Part shown: positions 1 to 13,700 of the stretch, piece by piece
Layout: every line of letters begins with the position of its first letter
Numbering within the stretch: the first letter of the stretch is position 1
NCBI GenBank assembly: GCA_012295275.1
Contig: CM022672.1
Location: forward strand, 186,001 to 250,000
From: Chrysomallon squamiferum
Lineage: Eukaryota > Animalia > Mollusca
Reading direction: 5' to 3'
DNA length: 64,000 bases
Made by a program: the position numbers and the translations under genes
The notes under the pieces: generated by a model
The model's database searches: none
What the model was told of the DNA's origin: nothing
Seen by the model: only the letters and a program-made list of their open reading frames with translations

Positions 1-967
1 TTTTTTTTTATAATATTTATTTCCATTTTCAATATATTAAAAGTGGTATTTTCATGCAAAAAGCAAACTGATCTCGTTTTTTTTTTTTTTTTTTTTTAAA
101 TGATTGCCTTGATACATTCATTAAGATGCCTGATACCCCTTATAGAACAAAACTGAAAAAAATTAAAGGTCCATCAGCCGGCCGTATAAAAAACAAATAG
201 CGATCATATAAAGTTTTCACTCTTTTTCGTTAAAAGCTATACAGTTATGTATGCAAACTACGAATTTCCTATTTTCATTTTAAAAAGGTTATTGGTCCTT
301 GTTATATTTAGTGCTTGTGTCGTATTAACTTTAATTTTAGTCGTGTCATTATTTTTTAGTACTCGGTTATTATCATTACACCTGTAATCACAGTCGTGTT
401 CAGAAAAGTATTTGCCCTGTCGTATGATGTATAATAAAGCTGCTGTGCGAGTGAGGTAATCTTCCCTTCAGCGATATTTGTTTTTGATTTTTAAAATAAT
501 TTCGATCGCCGATGACAAAGCAGCGAAAATATGGTTGCAATTCAGGCAAGTCGTGTAACAACAAATTGGTAGCATTTATGGCGAAAAAAAAGAAGAAGAA
601 AAAGAACAAGAACAAGAAAAAAAAAAATGGAATTTAGATGATGAGGTAAAAAAAGGATTGCTGCAGTAATATCTAAGTATGGTTGTTTTGGTGCAAGATG
701 TACCGTAGATCATCTGTCGCAAACGTATGAAAACAATTTTCATCCAATTTCAATAAAAAAGAAAAAAAGCCCAGAATAAAATAGTGATATATAGTGTTTA
801 AGTACATCGATAGCTGTATATAGTATTTATAGTGCATCACTGGCTATATATATATAATATATATCTGTACATAGTGGTCATTGAATGTCAATAACTGTAG
901 AGAGTGTTTATATTATCAGTTGATATTTATTATTATTACATTCTAATCATGTGTCTGTATTTTCTAG

Positions 968-3900
968 GTGGTGTTCCCCACTGGTGCATTCCTTGTCATT
1001 CGAGAGAGTTTCATGAATTTTATAAACATATGGTTTTACCCATCACCACTTGATTTCAACAACACAGAAGGTATTAGTCACATTTTATGTATTTCTGTAG
1101 TAATAAAGTTAAATAAATAAAGAAATAATTGTTTCAAACATGAATATAACAATTATTTTAATAAGATATGACACAGAAATGTGTAGATAAAACAAAAACT
1201 AAAAAACATAAAATTTAATCTTTGACTCTTCAAAAATGTTCCAGCCATTAAACATGAACAACTTTGAATACATTGATTTGTATTTAAAGTCTTGTGATTG
1301 TGAAAAGTTTATTTTGAAAAAGATCATCAAATCAGTGCCATTTCCATTTTATATAACATCAGATTATATTAACAAACTAAACATTGCTTCAGTGAGATCT
1401 TTGCAGCATATATTAAAAGTATGCATATTTCTTTATCTTTGTTTGTTAATATTCTAGGACTGTGTGGCAATTTTGATGCAGATGCAGACAATGATGAAGT
1501 TACAAGTTTAAAATGGAGGTATTTATTTATTTTCTTGAATAGACAACATTTAAGATCATATTTTTAAAATTACTTTTATGTGCAATTTTTATCTTCTTAT
1601 AGCACTGTAGCATGAAATGAAAATTTAGTCACACTTTCAGAGTGAGCAAAGAAGACAGCATCTACAATGGGCAGTGTCCAGGTAAAAGCACACCAGTCTC
1701 AGTGCCACTGACCACAGACTGTGCCTGTCAGTCTGATCAGCCTCAGTGTTCTGCATCACTGGGAATACAGACCTGTCACTTGTACAGCGGATACCAGACA
1801 GGTGAGTGGCATACACACATCTACACAGTGTCAGTAGTGAGCACAATGCATCTACACAGTGTCAGTAGTGAGCACATTGCATCTACACAGTGTCAGTAGT
1901 GAGCACAATGCATCTACACAGTGTCAGTAGTGAGCACAATGCATCTACACAGTGTCAGTAGTGAGCACACTGCATCTACACAGTGTCAGTAGTGAGCACA
2001 TTGCATCTACACAGTGTCAGTAGTGAGCACATTGCATCTACACAGTCAGTAGTGAGCACAGTAAATCTACAGTGTCAGTAGTGAGCACATTGCATCTACA
2101 CAGTGTCAGTAGTGAGCACAATAAGTACACAGTGTCAGTAGTGAGCACAATGCATTTTCAGTGTCAGTAGTGAGCACAGTAAATCTAGTGTCAGTAGTGA
2201 GCACAATAAGTACACAGTGTCGGTAGTGAGCACAATGAAACTCACAGTGTCAGTAGTGAGCACAGTAAATCTACAGTGTCAGTAGTGAGCACAATAAGTA
2301 CACAGTGTCAGTAGTGAGCACAATGAACAATCACAGTGTCAGTAGTGAGCACAGTAAATCTAAAGTGTCAGTAGTGAGCACAGTAAATCTAAAGTGTCAG
2401 TAGTGAGCACAATGAATCTTCACAGTGTCAGTAGTGAGCACAATAAATCTACAATGTTAATAGTGAGCACAAATCACCTAAAGTGTCAGTAGTGAGCACA
2501 ATAAACTCCACAATGTTAACAGTGAGCACAATGCATCTACAGTGCTATTTGTGAGCTCAATACATCTACACAGTGTTAACAGTGAGCACATTAAAATATA
2601 TACATTTAGACAGTTTTTAAATATTACTTCACAGATTGTTTTATTGATAATTAATTTAAATAAGATTTTTGATAGCTAGTTTTAAGTAACTGTAAAAGAA
2701 GTATTTAGTATTACAATTTGTTTCACAGATGATAAACAATCAGGTAAGCTGTAAGCTTATATTTGATTAAAACATCACATTTCTATACTTAGACTGTACA
2801 CACTAAAACACTGCAGTATACTTAGATACAAATAATATAAAGATTTAATATTATATTAAGATTTACTAATATTAATAATACTGTATTAAAATATGATATA
2901 ATATTTTTATGTTGTAGATTATGACATCACCTGATAGTAATAGTTTTTTTTTGTAATATATGAAAACAGAGGAGAGTAGTAACATATATATGTTGTAGAT
3001 TATGACATCATCTGATAGCAATAAAACATTTATATTGTAACATATGAAAGCATAGGAGAGCAATAAAATATGTGTATTGTAGAATATGACATCACATCAC
3101 TGCTGAAGAAGAATGCCAAACACGCACTGAACTGTGTTGCTGCAGTGAACAAAATTGATGAGTTTGATTACAATGCGACAGCACAGGCACCAAGTGTAAG
3201 TTATTTAGAAAACAATTCTACTGCTTCTGATAATTTAGATATTTATTTCACATTTTTACTGAGCAGTGAGGAAACAGTCACTGAATACTGAGTTATTCCT
3301 TATACAACTCATTTGGAAGGTTTTTGTTGTGTAATAATAAAATTTTATATTGTTTCAAATAAAACTGAAAAATTGCTGTAACAGTGTTAGTTTAGTGTGT
3401 ATAAATCTGTAATGTAATTAATACAGTTTTATTTTCAGTCTGAGATAGACTACCCCTCACCATGGACAGACAACTCTTCCCGTGCATACTGTACACAGGT
3501 TCTAGAAAAATCTCCACTGGCAACCATTTGTAAATCATTCACACAAGTTTTGATTGAAGAGAAAATAAAGAACTGCATGAATGACATACGTGTACGTGTT
3601 TTGTCAAAAATATCTCAACATGATATTTTTATTGAGGTTTTTGTCTAAAATATTTTAGTATGATGTTTTAATGCGTTTTGTCTAAGATATCTTAGCATGA
3701 TATTATGTAAGAGTTCTTTTTTCTAAGTATTCCCCAAATTAATTATGTTTATGTTTAACTAAACAACAGCAGTCTGTTTAACAATTACTTACATCTGTTA
3801 TGCTAAACATTTTCTCTAAAACCTAAAATATATTTCTGCATTTATATAAACTCATTATAACTAATATAACTGAACGTCATTGTTACTTTAAATAATAGAT

Positions 3901-5102
3901 TTTCAACCTGGGGGTTGCGACCCCCAGATGGGTCACCTGCCTTTTTTTCTGGGGGTCGTGAGATTGTTCTTGAGTGAGGGAATGTTTTAGCTTTTTTCAA
4001 CTTGACTTGGAAGGAGAAATAAATAAAAATATATAGATAGTTTTGGGTCCCATCATAGTGAATATAGATTCCTTTTGTACTGTCTTTGGTTAATGAAAAT
4101 ATGGTAACCCTAGATATTATTGAATCAAAAATTTTAAAGGGTGTCATCAATCATATTGAGTTTCTCACAAAGGGTCATGGTATGAAAAAGGTTGAAAACC
4201 AGTGCTTTAAAATAGCATGTTATTACTAAACTGTGCAAAAATATGAGTTACTTAAAATAAAATGTTCTGTTTTATTTAGCTGACCAATGACAGTCAGTGG
4301 TCAAGTGTGCTGGTGGACTCTCTGGAGGAAAGCTGTAAACATGAACTGACATACAACCTCAAATGGCAGGCAGAAAGGACAGCAGCACTCCAGCAGATCT
4401 GTCCTAACTTCTGTAGTAGCAATGGCAGATGTATTAATGGTAAACAATTCACTTTTTGTAACATTTCTCATTCACATATTTGAACAATCACATACATAAT
4501 TAAATAAATTTCTGCTTAATTTCTTACAGTTTTCTTCTCTGCAAATTATTTTACAGTAGAAGTATGTTATTTGTTTCTGCAAATTATTTTACAGTAGAAG
4601 TATGTTATTTGTTTTGTGATAGGTGTCTGTGTGTTTTGAACTGTACATCATGTAGTAAGTAGTATGTTATTTGTTTTGTGACAGGTGTCTGTGTGTTCTG
4701 AACCCTACATCATGTAGTAAGTAGTATGTTATTTGTTTTGTGACAGGTGTCTGTGTGTTTTGAACTGTACGTCAGGTGTCTGTGTGTTTTGAACTGTACG
4801 TCATGTAGTAAGTAGTATGTTATTTGTTTTGTGACAGGTGTCTGTGTGTGTTCTGAACCTTACATTGGTGTTGACTGCTCAGTAAACTCAAAGATTGCAC
4901 CCACTGTGACCCGTCTGTCATACTCAGGTCTCTGTAATGTACTCACATCCAGTTGTCACACTGTCCATGTCTATGGTCACCCTTTTGTCAACAGCAGACA
5001 ACTCCGATGCTATTATCGACAAATCAATGTAAGTACATATTGCATAATATGATAATATACAATGAAATATTTATTTAGAGACTAAATAACAGCAATGAGA
5101 AC

Positions 5103-5161
<59 letters not shown>

Positions 5162-5166
5162 GTATG

Positions 5167-5197
<31 letters not shown>

Positions 5198-7727
5198 GTA
5201 ATATATATTTATACATAGGTCATATTTATACATAAGTGTTTAAGTAATTTTTAAAACTATGTAAGTAATGTGTGTATATATGTATTGTAAATACAGGTCA
5301 ATGAATCTGGTTATGAGACTGACGGTGAGTGGCATGAAGCAGTCACTACTCTTTTTATTAGTGACAGTCACATCAAGTGTTCACTACCAAAGACAGGGAA
5401 TTACATGATCAGTGTGGAGAACAGAGTTCTCACTCGCAGTGCAGCACACATCTTCCTGGCATACAACCCCGTGTGTTACACGTGTGATGCTAAACAAGGA
5501 AACTGCTCACAGAAGGTAACACTGTGTTTGTGAAAATACTGTATTAATCATAAACAAAAAAACACTAATAGAGATAGACATACACACTAATACACATACA
5601 TATACACACTAATACACATATATATACACACTAATACACATAGATATACACACTAATACAAACTAATATACATACATACACAATAATACATATACATACA
5701 TACACATAATATTACACATACATGTACATACTAATACATATATGTACACTAATACACATACATATACACACATATACAAATACACATACATGTACACACT
5801 AATACACATACATATGCAAATACACATACATATACACTAATAGACATACATATACATAGTAATACACATATATACACTAATACACATACATTATATAACA
5901 TACAAATAAACATACATACATATATATATACAAATTAATACACATACATATACAGTGTACCTTGACTTACAAGTTTAATTTGTTCTGTGGCCAAGCTTGT
6001 AATTCAATTTGCTCGTATATCAAATCAGTTTTCCCAACTGAAATTTATTGAAATACCATTAATCCATTCCAGCCCCCTAAAAACCACCCCAATTTTTTGT
6101 AACATGTTTTTAAATAAGAAAAACATATTTATAAATGACAAATATTCTATAAAAACAAAATGAAAGAGATTATAAATAAATAAATTGATTTTGTAAAGTG
6201 TACAGGGTTTAGGGTTTCTCCATCTTTTCAGGGACAGAGGCCCATAGCACAGAAATTATTTTAATGCCTTTTGCTGGAGTTATAGCCTTTATTGACTCCT
6301 TCTGTTTCTATGGTACATATCGTAGAAGTACTATGCTCGTACTGCCTAGCCAAGTCGACTACATGCATACCTCACTATTTCATGAGTTAATTCAATGGAC
6401 ATCATCCACTTCTTCTTCTCAGGACTGTCCTTTGCACTCATGAATCCACAGAAATTTGGGCAAAACATGAGCATAACACAACAGAGATGCTTCCATGGCA
6501 AGATAACCTCGTGAAGCAAACACATGACGATGTTCAGTTGTTTGTTATGCCAACTAGCTTGTAACTCAGATTTTGGCTTGTAACTCAAAGCAAAAAATCA
6601 AAAGGGCAATTGCTCGTAAGTTGGGGCCCTCATAAGTCAAGGTACCATTGTATACACTAATACACATACATGTGCATACATATGCACACTAATACATTAC
6701 ATAAACATTAAAACACATACTTACAATGACTCTTGTTCAACCATATAAATATATACTAATATTAACCCTAATGCATCTTTCCAATTACACAAACACATAC
6801 ACTGATACACAGACCTATGTATACATTTTTTATACACTGATGTTTGTAATATATGAAAGCACATTCTACTGGTGTTTATCGATACTTTAAGATAGGTATA
6901 TAAATACACAGTGGTAGTTCGACTTATGAGTGCCCCAACTTATGAGTTGTTTGAGTTATGAGTAGTTGCCTAGTGGAATTTTTGCTTTGAGTTGCAAGCC
7001 AAAATCTGAGTTACCAGTGGGCTTCAGATATGCCGCCACTAGTTGGCACAACAAACAGTACAACATCTGCCCAGCATCCCACTTCTCACTCATTTACTTC
7101 TCATGGTTACCTTGCAACAGAAGCATCTCTGTTTTCTGGCCATGGATCCTAAGAAAGTGAGTGCAAAGGACAGTGCTGAGAAGAAGAAGTGATGGATGTC
7201 CATACAAGAGTAGTATTTCTACGATATATACCATACTGAAGCTGAAGGAGTTGAGAAAGGATGTAACTCCAGCCGAATAATTTGTCTGATCTCCAACATA
7301 AATACACTTTACAAAACCAACTTATTTCTTTACATTCTCTTTTGTTTTGTTTTTATGCAATCTTTGTCATTTATACGTACATTTTTCTTATTTAAAAACA
7401 TGTTACAAAAAAGAAAAAATGGAGTTGTTTTTATGGGGCTGGAATGGATTAATGGTATTTCAGTTAATTTCAGTTGGGAAATTTGATTTGATATATGAAC
7501 AAATTGAGATACAAGCTCAGTCACAGAAGGAATTAAACTCATAAAAATCTGTTACAACAGAAAAGATATAAGACTACTGTAGAGTTATTCACACAATTAT
7601 TTCTGTTTGAAGGAAAAAACTTGCATGATTGAAGGAAAATGCAGGACTCATTTAGAAATCAACCCAAATAACTTTTCTCAAATTTGTAATTCAACCGAGA
7701 ATAGACAGCTCTGGAGTCAAAGAACCA
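968..7727 (+). CDS. VWDE-like module 1 (partial: C-terminal VWD, C8-like, EGF, Cys-rich tail)
   Basis: Exons 968-1070 (VVFPTGAF...DFNNTE), 1458-1518 (GLCGNFD...WR), 1641-1801, [2729-2743], 3083-3195, 3439-3591, 4280-4439 (ICPNFCSSNGRCING), 4838-5028 (VCVCSEPYIGVDCS), 5297-5515, 7613-7727. Confidence 0.88.
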
Positions 7728-10700
7728 GTAAGTTTACTTCTAACTGTGAGTAGTAGATAATACTTTTATTTGTAATTTTGACTAGTAGCCAATACATGTA
7801 TTTGTAACTGTGTACAGTAGACAGTCACTACACTTACTGTAACTGTGACTAGTAGAGAACATTGGTTTAAAAAATATATATATTTCTGCTCCATTTTTTC
7901 CTCTTTCATTTTCATCCTTTGTTATGCAATAACTAATGAAATTATCAGTGTTTACACAGAATGTAAAATACAAGTAAAATGCCAGTAAAGATATTTTTAC
8001 TGCAGGTCCGTGTCTAAATTCAGCGGTTAAGTGGAAATCAGAAAGCAGTGCCATAGCTTTTCACAATCAGAAGTCAGTAGCAAATGTCAGCCAGTCTGAA
8101 GATTGTCGCAAACTCTGCCTGCAGGAAACATATTTTCTTTGTCGGTCCATTGATTTCAGTTCTGAGAGTCAGGTCTGCCATCTTTCCAAGTACAGGCGTA
8201 CTGATGTTGGACATTATTATCTCCCCTTTGGCAGCCAGATTGTTTATGAAGAATGGAGCTGTGAAAAACGTAAATGTTTTATATATTGTAATTTGACATC
8301 TGATTTATGTTCATTGTGCCATATAGTTGTATTTATCTAACAACTTTGACATGTACCTTGCTGTATATATGATCAGTGTCCATTGTTGGTATATTGGTAT
8401 GTAAAGATAGTGGAGTCTACCCACAGTGGAAAACTTTTTAATTAAAGAAAGATATAAGATTCATCTGTGTTTATTGCATATATCTGATAGTGGATAATTA
8501 ATTACAGGTTCTGTTTTGATCTTCTAACTAGAGATGAAAGTAAGATCTTCAGAATATGCTGTGAGTTTATATATTTTATCTGAAACAACTATCCATTAAC
8601 AAACATAGTTAGTAGATTTGTTTTTTTTTAAAAATCGTGCTAACCTCGTTTAAAATAATGTTTTTATCAGAGCGGTGTGCTGGTAAGACAGAGAAATGGG
8701 AGGAGCAGTTAGACCGCGTGACTCAGGAGAACAATGTTAAAATAACAGAGGAAGTGTGGACAGCTGACATTTGTCAACAACTCTGTGATTCTGATGAAGC
8801 CTGCACTTCAGTCAAGTTTCACCCAGCACGAGGCATCTGCATCCTGTCCAATGGATCTGACTCTGACTGGATCCAGGCTCCTGGCTGGCAGTATCAGAAA
8901 CGAATTTGTACAGACGGTATTAAACTGAGCTTTTAGTGAATGTATGCTATGAAATACAATTAATGTTCCAATAAAATATTTTTTATTATTATTTGATGTA
9001 AAATTATACCTTTTTCCCTGTTAGTCACAGTTTAAAAAATGTTCTAATGAAATTTTAAATCTTTCAGGGTCTCCTGCAGACCGTCATGGACCCAGTGTTG
9101 ACAAAGCAGTCCTGATCCCAACATTCCAAGGACCAGGAAATGACAGTTTTAGATGTCACTTCACACATCTTCAAGACAACAAACGAAATGTTCGGTATGA
9201 TGTGTTGTGGAGTGTTGATGGTGTCTGGATGACAGAGAACACTGATGAAGTTCTGTCACAAACATATTCTAACACACTGAAAGACAACTCAACAGTAAGT
9301 GTCAATAAATCAGTACCTGTCATACACATAATGTGTTTGCAGGTTCAGTGTGTGTAACATAATGTGTTTGTGTTTGCAGCTTCTGCATGTGTATAACAAT
9401 GTGTTTGTGTTTGCAGGTTCAGTGTGTGTAACATAATGTGTTTGTGTTTGCAGGTTCAGTGTGTGTAACAATGTCTTTGTGTTGCAGGTCCAGTGTGTTT
9501 CTGTTTGCAGGTTCAGTGTGTATAACAATGTGTTTGTATTTGCAGGTTCAGTGTGTGTAATATAATGTGTTTGTGTTTGCAGGTTCAGTGTGTATAACAA
9601 TGTGTTTATATTTGCAGGTTCAGTATGTGTAATATAATGTGTTTGTGTTTGCAGGTTCAGTGTGTATAACAATGTGTTTATATTTGCAGGTTCAGTGTGT
9701 GTAATATAATGTGTTTGTGTTTGTGTGTAATATAATGTGTTTGTGTTTGTGTGTAATATAATCTGTTTGTGTTTGTGTGTAATATAATGTGTTTGTGTTT
9801 GCAGGTGTGTAATATAATGTGTTTGTGTTTGCAGGTTCAGTGTGCTGTCAGTGTTTGTTATGTAGACGACTGTGAGAACACAAGGGGGCTGCTGGCCATG
9901 TCAGAGCTGTACAAGGCTCAGATAAAGGTAAAAACTGATGTTTTAACATTTACTGTCCAGTAATTTTAAGAAAAGTAAAGTGTTCCAGTTAGAAAAATGA
10001 TATAATTGACATGGACATGACAACTTCTGTCTTTCAGATAGAAAACTTTGATAATTCAGGCAGTCTCACTTTAAGAGAAGGGGAAGATGGTATTAATATG
10101 GCTGTGCAAGCTACAGCTCCTCCATACATCTTGTGTCGAGACATGGGACTGTCTGATTCAGACATTTGTACACTGGAGTTAGCTGTGAGTGTGTCTGGTA
10201 ACAACAGTGAATTGAGATGCCCTGATGGTAACAGCATACCACAGGTGTCTGTCAGGATTACAGAGAAGGGTGAGGAGATGAAGCTGTGTAAAGTGGCAAT
10301 CACTTCAGACAGGTGGGACACACCGTTTAACATCAACATCAGAGCAACCATCGACAACAAGTACGACACAGATCAAACATGGCATTTGACTCTAACAAGA
10401 AAACACTTTGTCAACTCAACTCTGGAGAAAAGTATTGTAACAGTCAAGTCTGAGGTGTTTATACTACTCATTTTACTAGCATTACTACTACTCATTTCAC
10501 TAGTATTACTACTACTCAGTATTACTATTACTCATTTCACTGATATTACTACTACTCATTTCTCTGGTAGTATTACTACTACTCATTTCACTGATATTAC
10601 TACTACTCATTTCTCTGGTAGTATTACTACTACTCATTTCACTGGTATTACTACTACTCATTTCACTGGTATTACTACTACTCATTTCTCTGATATTACT

Positions 10701-13700
10701 ACTACTCATTTCACCGGTATTATACTACTCATTTCACTGGTATTACTACTACTCATTTCACTGGTACTATACTACTCATTTCACTGGTAGTATTACTACT
10801 ACTCATTTCACTGTTAGTATTACTACTAATTTCACAGGTATTACTACTACTACTCATTTCACTGGTATTATACTACTAATTTCACTGGTATTACTACTAC
10901 TCATTTCACTGGTATTATACTACTCATTTCACTGGTATTATACTACTCATTTCACTGGTATTATACTACTCATTTCACTGGTATTACTACTACTCATTTC
11001 ACTGGTAGCATTACTACTACTCATTTCACTGTTAGTATTACTACTAATTTCACTGGTAGTATTACTACTACTCATTTCACTGGTATTATACTACTCATTT
11101 CACTGGTATTACTACTACTCATTTCACTGGTACTATACTACTCATTTCACTGGTATTACTACTACTCATTTCACTGGTATTATACTACTCATTTCACTGG
11201 TATTATACTACTCATTTCACTGGTATTACTACTACTCATTTCACTGGTATTACTACTACTCATTTCTCTGGTAGTATTACTACTACTCATTTCACTGGTA
11301 TTACTACTACTCATTTCACTGGTAGCATTACTACTCATTTCACTGGTAGCATTACTACTACTCATTTCACTGGTAGTATTACTACTAATTTCACTGGTAT
11401 TACTACTACTCATTTCACTGGTATTATTACTACTCATTTCACTGGTAGTATTACTACTACTCATTTCACTGGTAGTATTACTACTACTCATTTCACTGGT
11501 ATTATACTACTCATTTCACTGGTATTACTACTACTCATTTCACTGGTACTATACTACTCATTTCACTGGTAGCATTACTACTACTCATTTCACTGTTAGT
11601 ATTACTACTAATTTCACTGGTAGTATTACTACTCATTTCACTGGTAGTATTACTACTAATTTCACTGTTAGTATTACTACTCATTTCTCTGGTAGTATTA
11701 CTACTACTCATTTCACTGGTAGCATTACTACTACTCATTTCACTGTTAGTATTACTACTAATTTCACTGGTATTACTACTACTCATTTCACTGTTAGTAT
11801 TACTACTAATTTCACTGGTAGTATTACTACTCATTTCTCTGGTAGTATTACTACTACTCATTTCACTGGTAGTATTACTACTACTCATTTCACTGGTAGT
11901 ATTACTACTCATTTCACTGGTATTACTACTACTCATTTCACTGGTAGTATTACTACTAATTTCACTGGTAGTATTACTACTAATTTCACTGGTATTACTA
12001 CTACTAATTTCACTGTTAGTATTACTACTAATTTCACTGGTAGTATTACTACTCATTTCACTGGTAGTATTACTACTACTAATTTCACTGGTAGTATTAC
12101 TACTAATTTCACTGTTAGTATTACTACTACTAATTTCACTGGTAGTATTACTACTACTAATTTCACTGGTAGTATTTACTACTAATTTCACTGTTAGTAT
12201 TACTACTACTCATTTCACTGGTATTATTACTACTCATTTCACTGGTATTACTACTACTCATTTCACTGGTATTACTACTACTCATTTTACTAGTAAAATG
12301 ATTCAAAGTTAATAGATGTCTATAAAAAACACAATACATATTGCTGTTTACTACAGTTCTGTTCTTCATTTTCTTCACTCTTAAACCATATAAGCACTAC
12401 TGCTCTGGGAGATGCAGGAAATAGTTCATGTCTGGTCTTTAAAGGTACTTTAAAAATCCATCGATTTTTGTTTTGGAATCATGTATTATTAGATTTGTAG
12501 TACACAAACATTAGACATGTAAATCTTTCTTAAAATTGTTATCAAAGAACACTGATAAATGTTTATTTTAACATTAATTTTGTTTAGTTAACTTTCACAG
12601 ATTTGTTTTCTATATTCAGCTAACCATTGTCAACATGGATAGACCATCCATCTGTATGTCTATCAATGATCCACATATGACAACATTTGATGGAACGTAA
12701 GTAACATTCTTACTGTATATGATAATAAATTATATTATTTTTTAAGTAGTAATACAGTTTTACTTACAATAACAATATAGTTTTGTATATAGTAATAATA
12801 AAGTTTTATATATAGTAATAAAACAGTTTTATATATATATTATTAATACAGTTTTATATTTAGCAATAATATATTTTTATATGCAGTAATAATACAGTTT
12901 TATATATAGTAACAATACCAGTTTTACATGCAGTAATAATACAGTTTTACATCCAATAATGATACAGTTTAATATGTAGTAATAATACAATTTATTATAT
13001 AGTATTAATACAGTGGTTTTACTTATAGTAACATACAGTTTTTTTATTGGTTATGTTTCTGTGTATATTGTTTATATGTTTATATGACTGTGTTATTTAT
13101 TTGCTTTTATGTTGGTTAGATACTATCACAACTACTATGAGGGAGAATTCATTATGTATCAACACAAAACTTTGCCCTATGAGGTGAGAATTTATTTATT
13201 TATTTATTTTTTTTATTGTTTATAAAAATGTTATTGTTACAGGTCATTGAAAACAGTCATCCATTAATAATAATATTATGTTAATTTTATGTTCTCTTAT
13301 TCTTCTAGGTGAGAACATTCTACCGCAGCTGTTCAGGTCGAGTTTCCTGTAACTGTGCTGTTGCAGCACGTGCTGGTGATGATGTTGTCATTATTGACAA
13401 GTGTGGACCTTTTAATAAAGAAGGATTTTACCCCATCACGGTAAAACTGTTTCGAAATGGAATTCTCACTCCTGGCTTCCGAGTATTTAGTCAGTTTGAA
13501 GGAATTGAGTATCAGGTAATTACAACATTGCTCAGTTATCATTCTTCATTCATTAGTTATCACAACTGATATGTCCATTTATATAATAAATTTTACTATG
13601 ATAATATGTTGATAATGTAGGTTTTATAAATATCAGATAATTATGTTGATGGTATGTGCATTTATAAATAATGGTCAATATTTTGGTAGTATTGTGTTTA

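Noticed and set aside
6346-6588. Functional transposase gene
   Set aside because: Only a frameshifted N-terminal fragment is present, with no DDE catalytic domain in either Tigger copy.
10455-10790. Read-through of exon 10038-10454 giving a TM-like Leu-rich stretch and Thr-rich mucin-like repeats
   Set aside because: It is a translation of the intronic minisatellite. A donor sits at the homologous position (10454), and no other module has an equivalent. Intron retention cannot be excluded without RNA data.
10512-12378. Minus-strand Ser/Thr-rich ORFs (MSSSNTTSE repeats)
   Set aside because: Artefacts of the 21-27 bp minisatellite, with frames shifting repeatedly and no gene structure.
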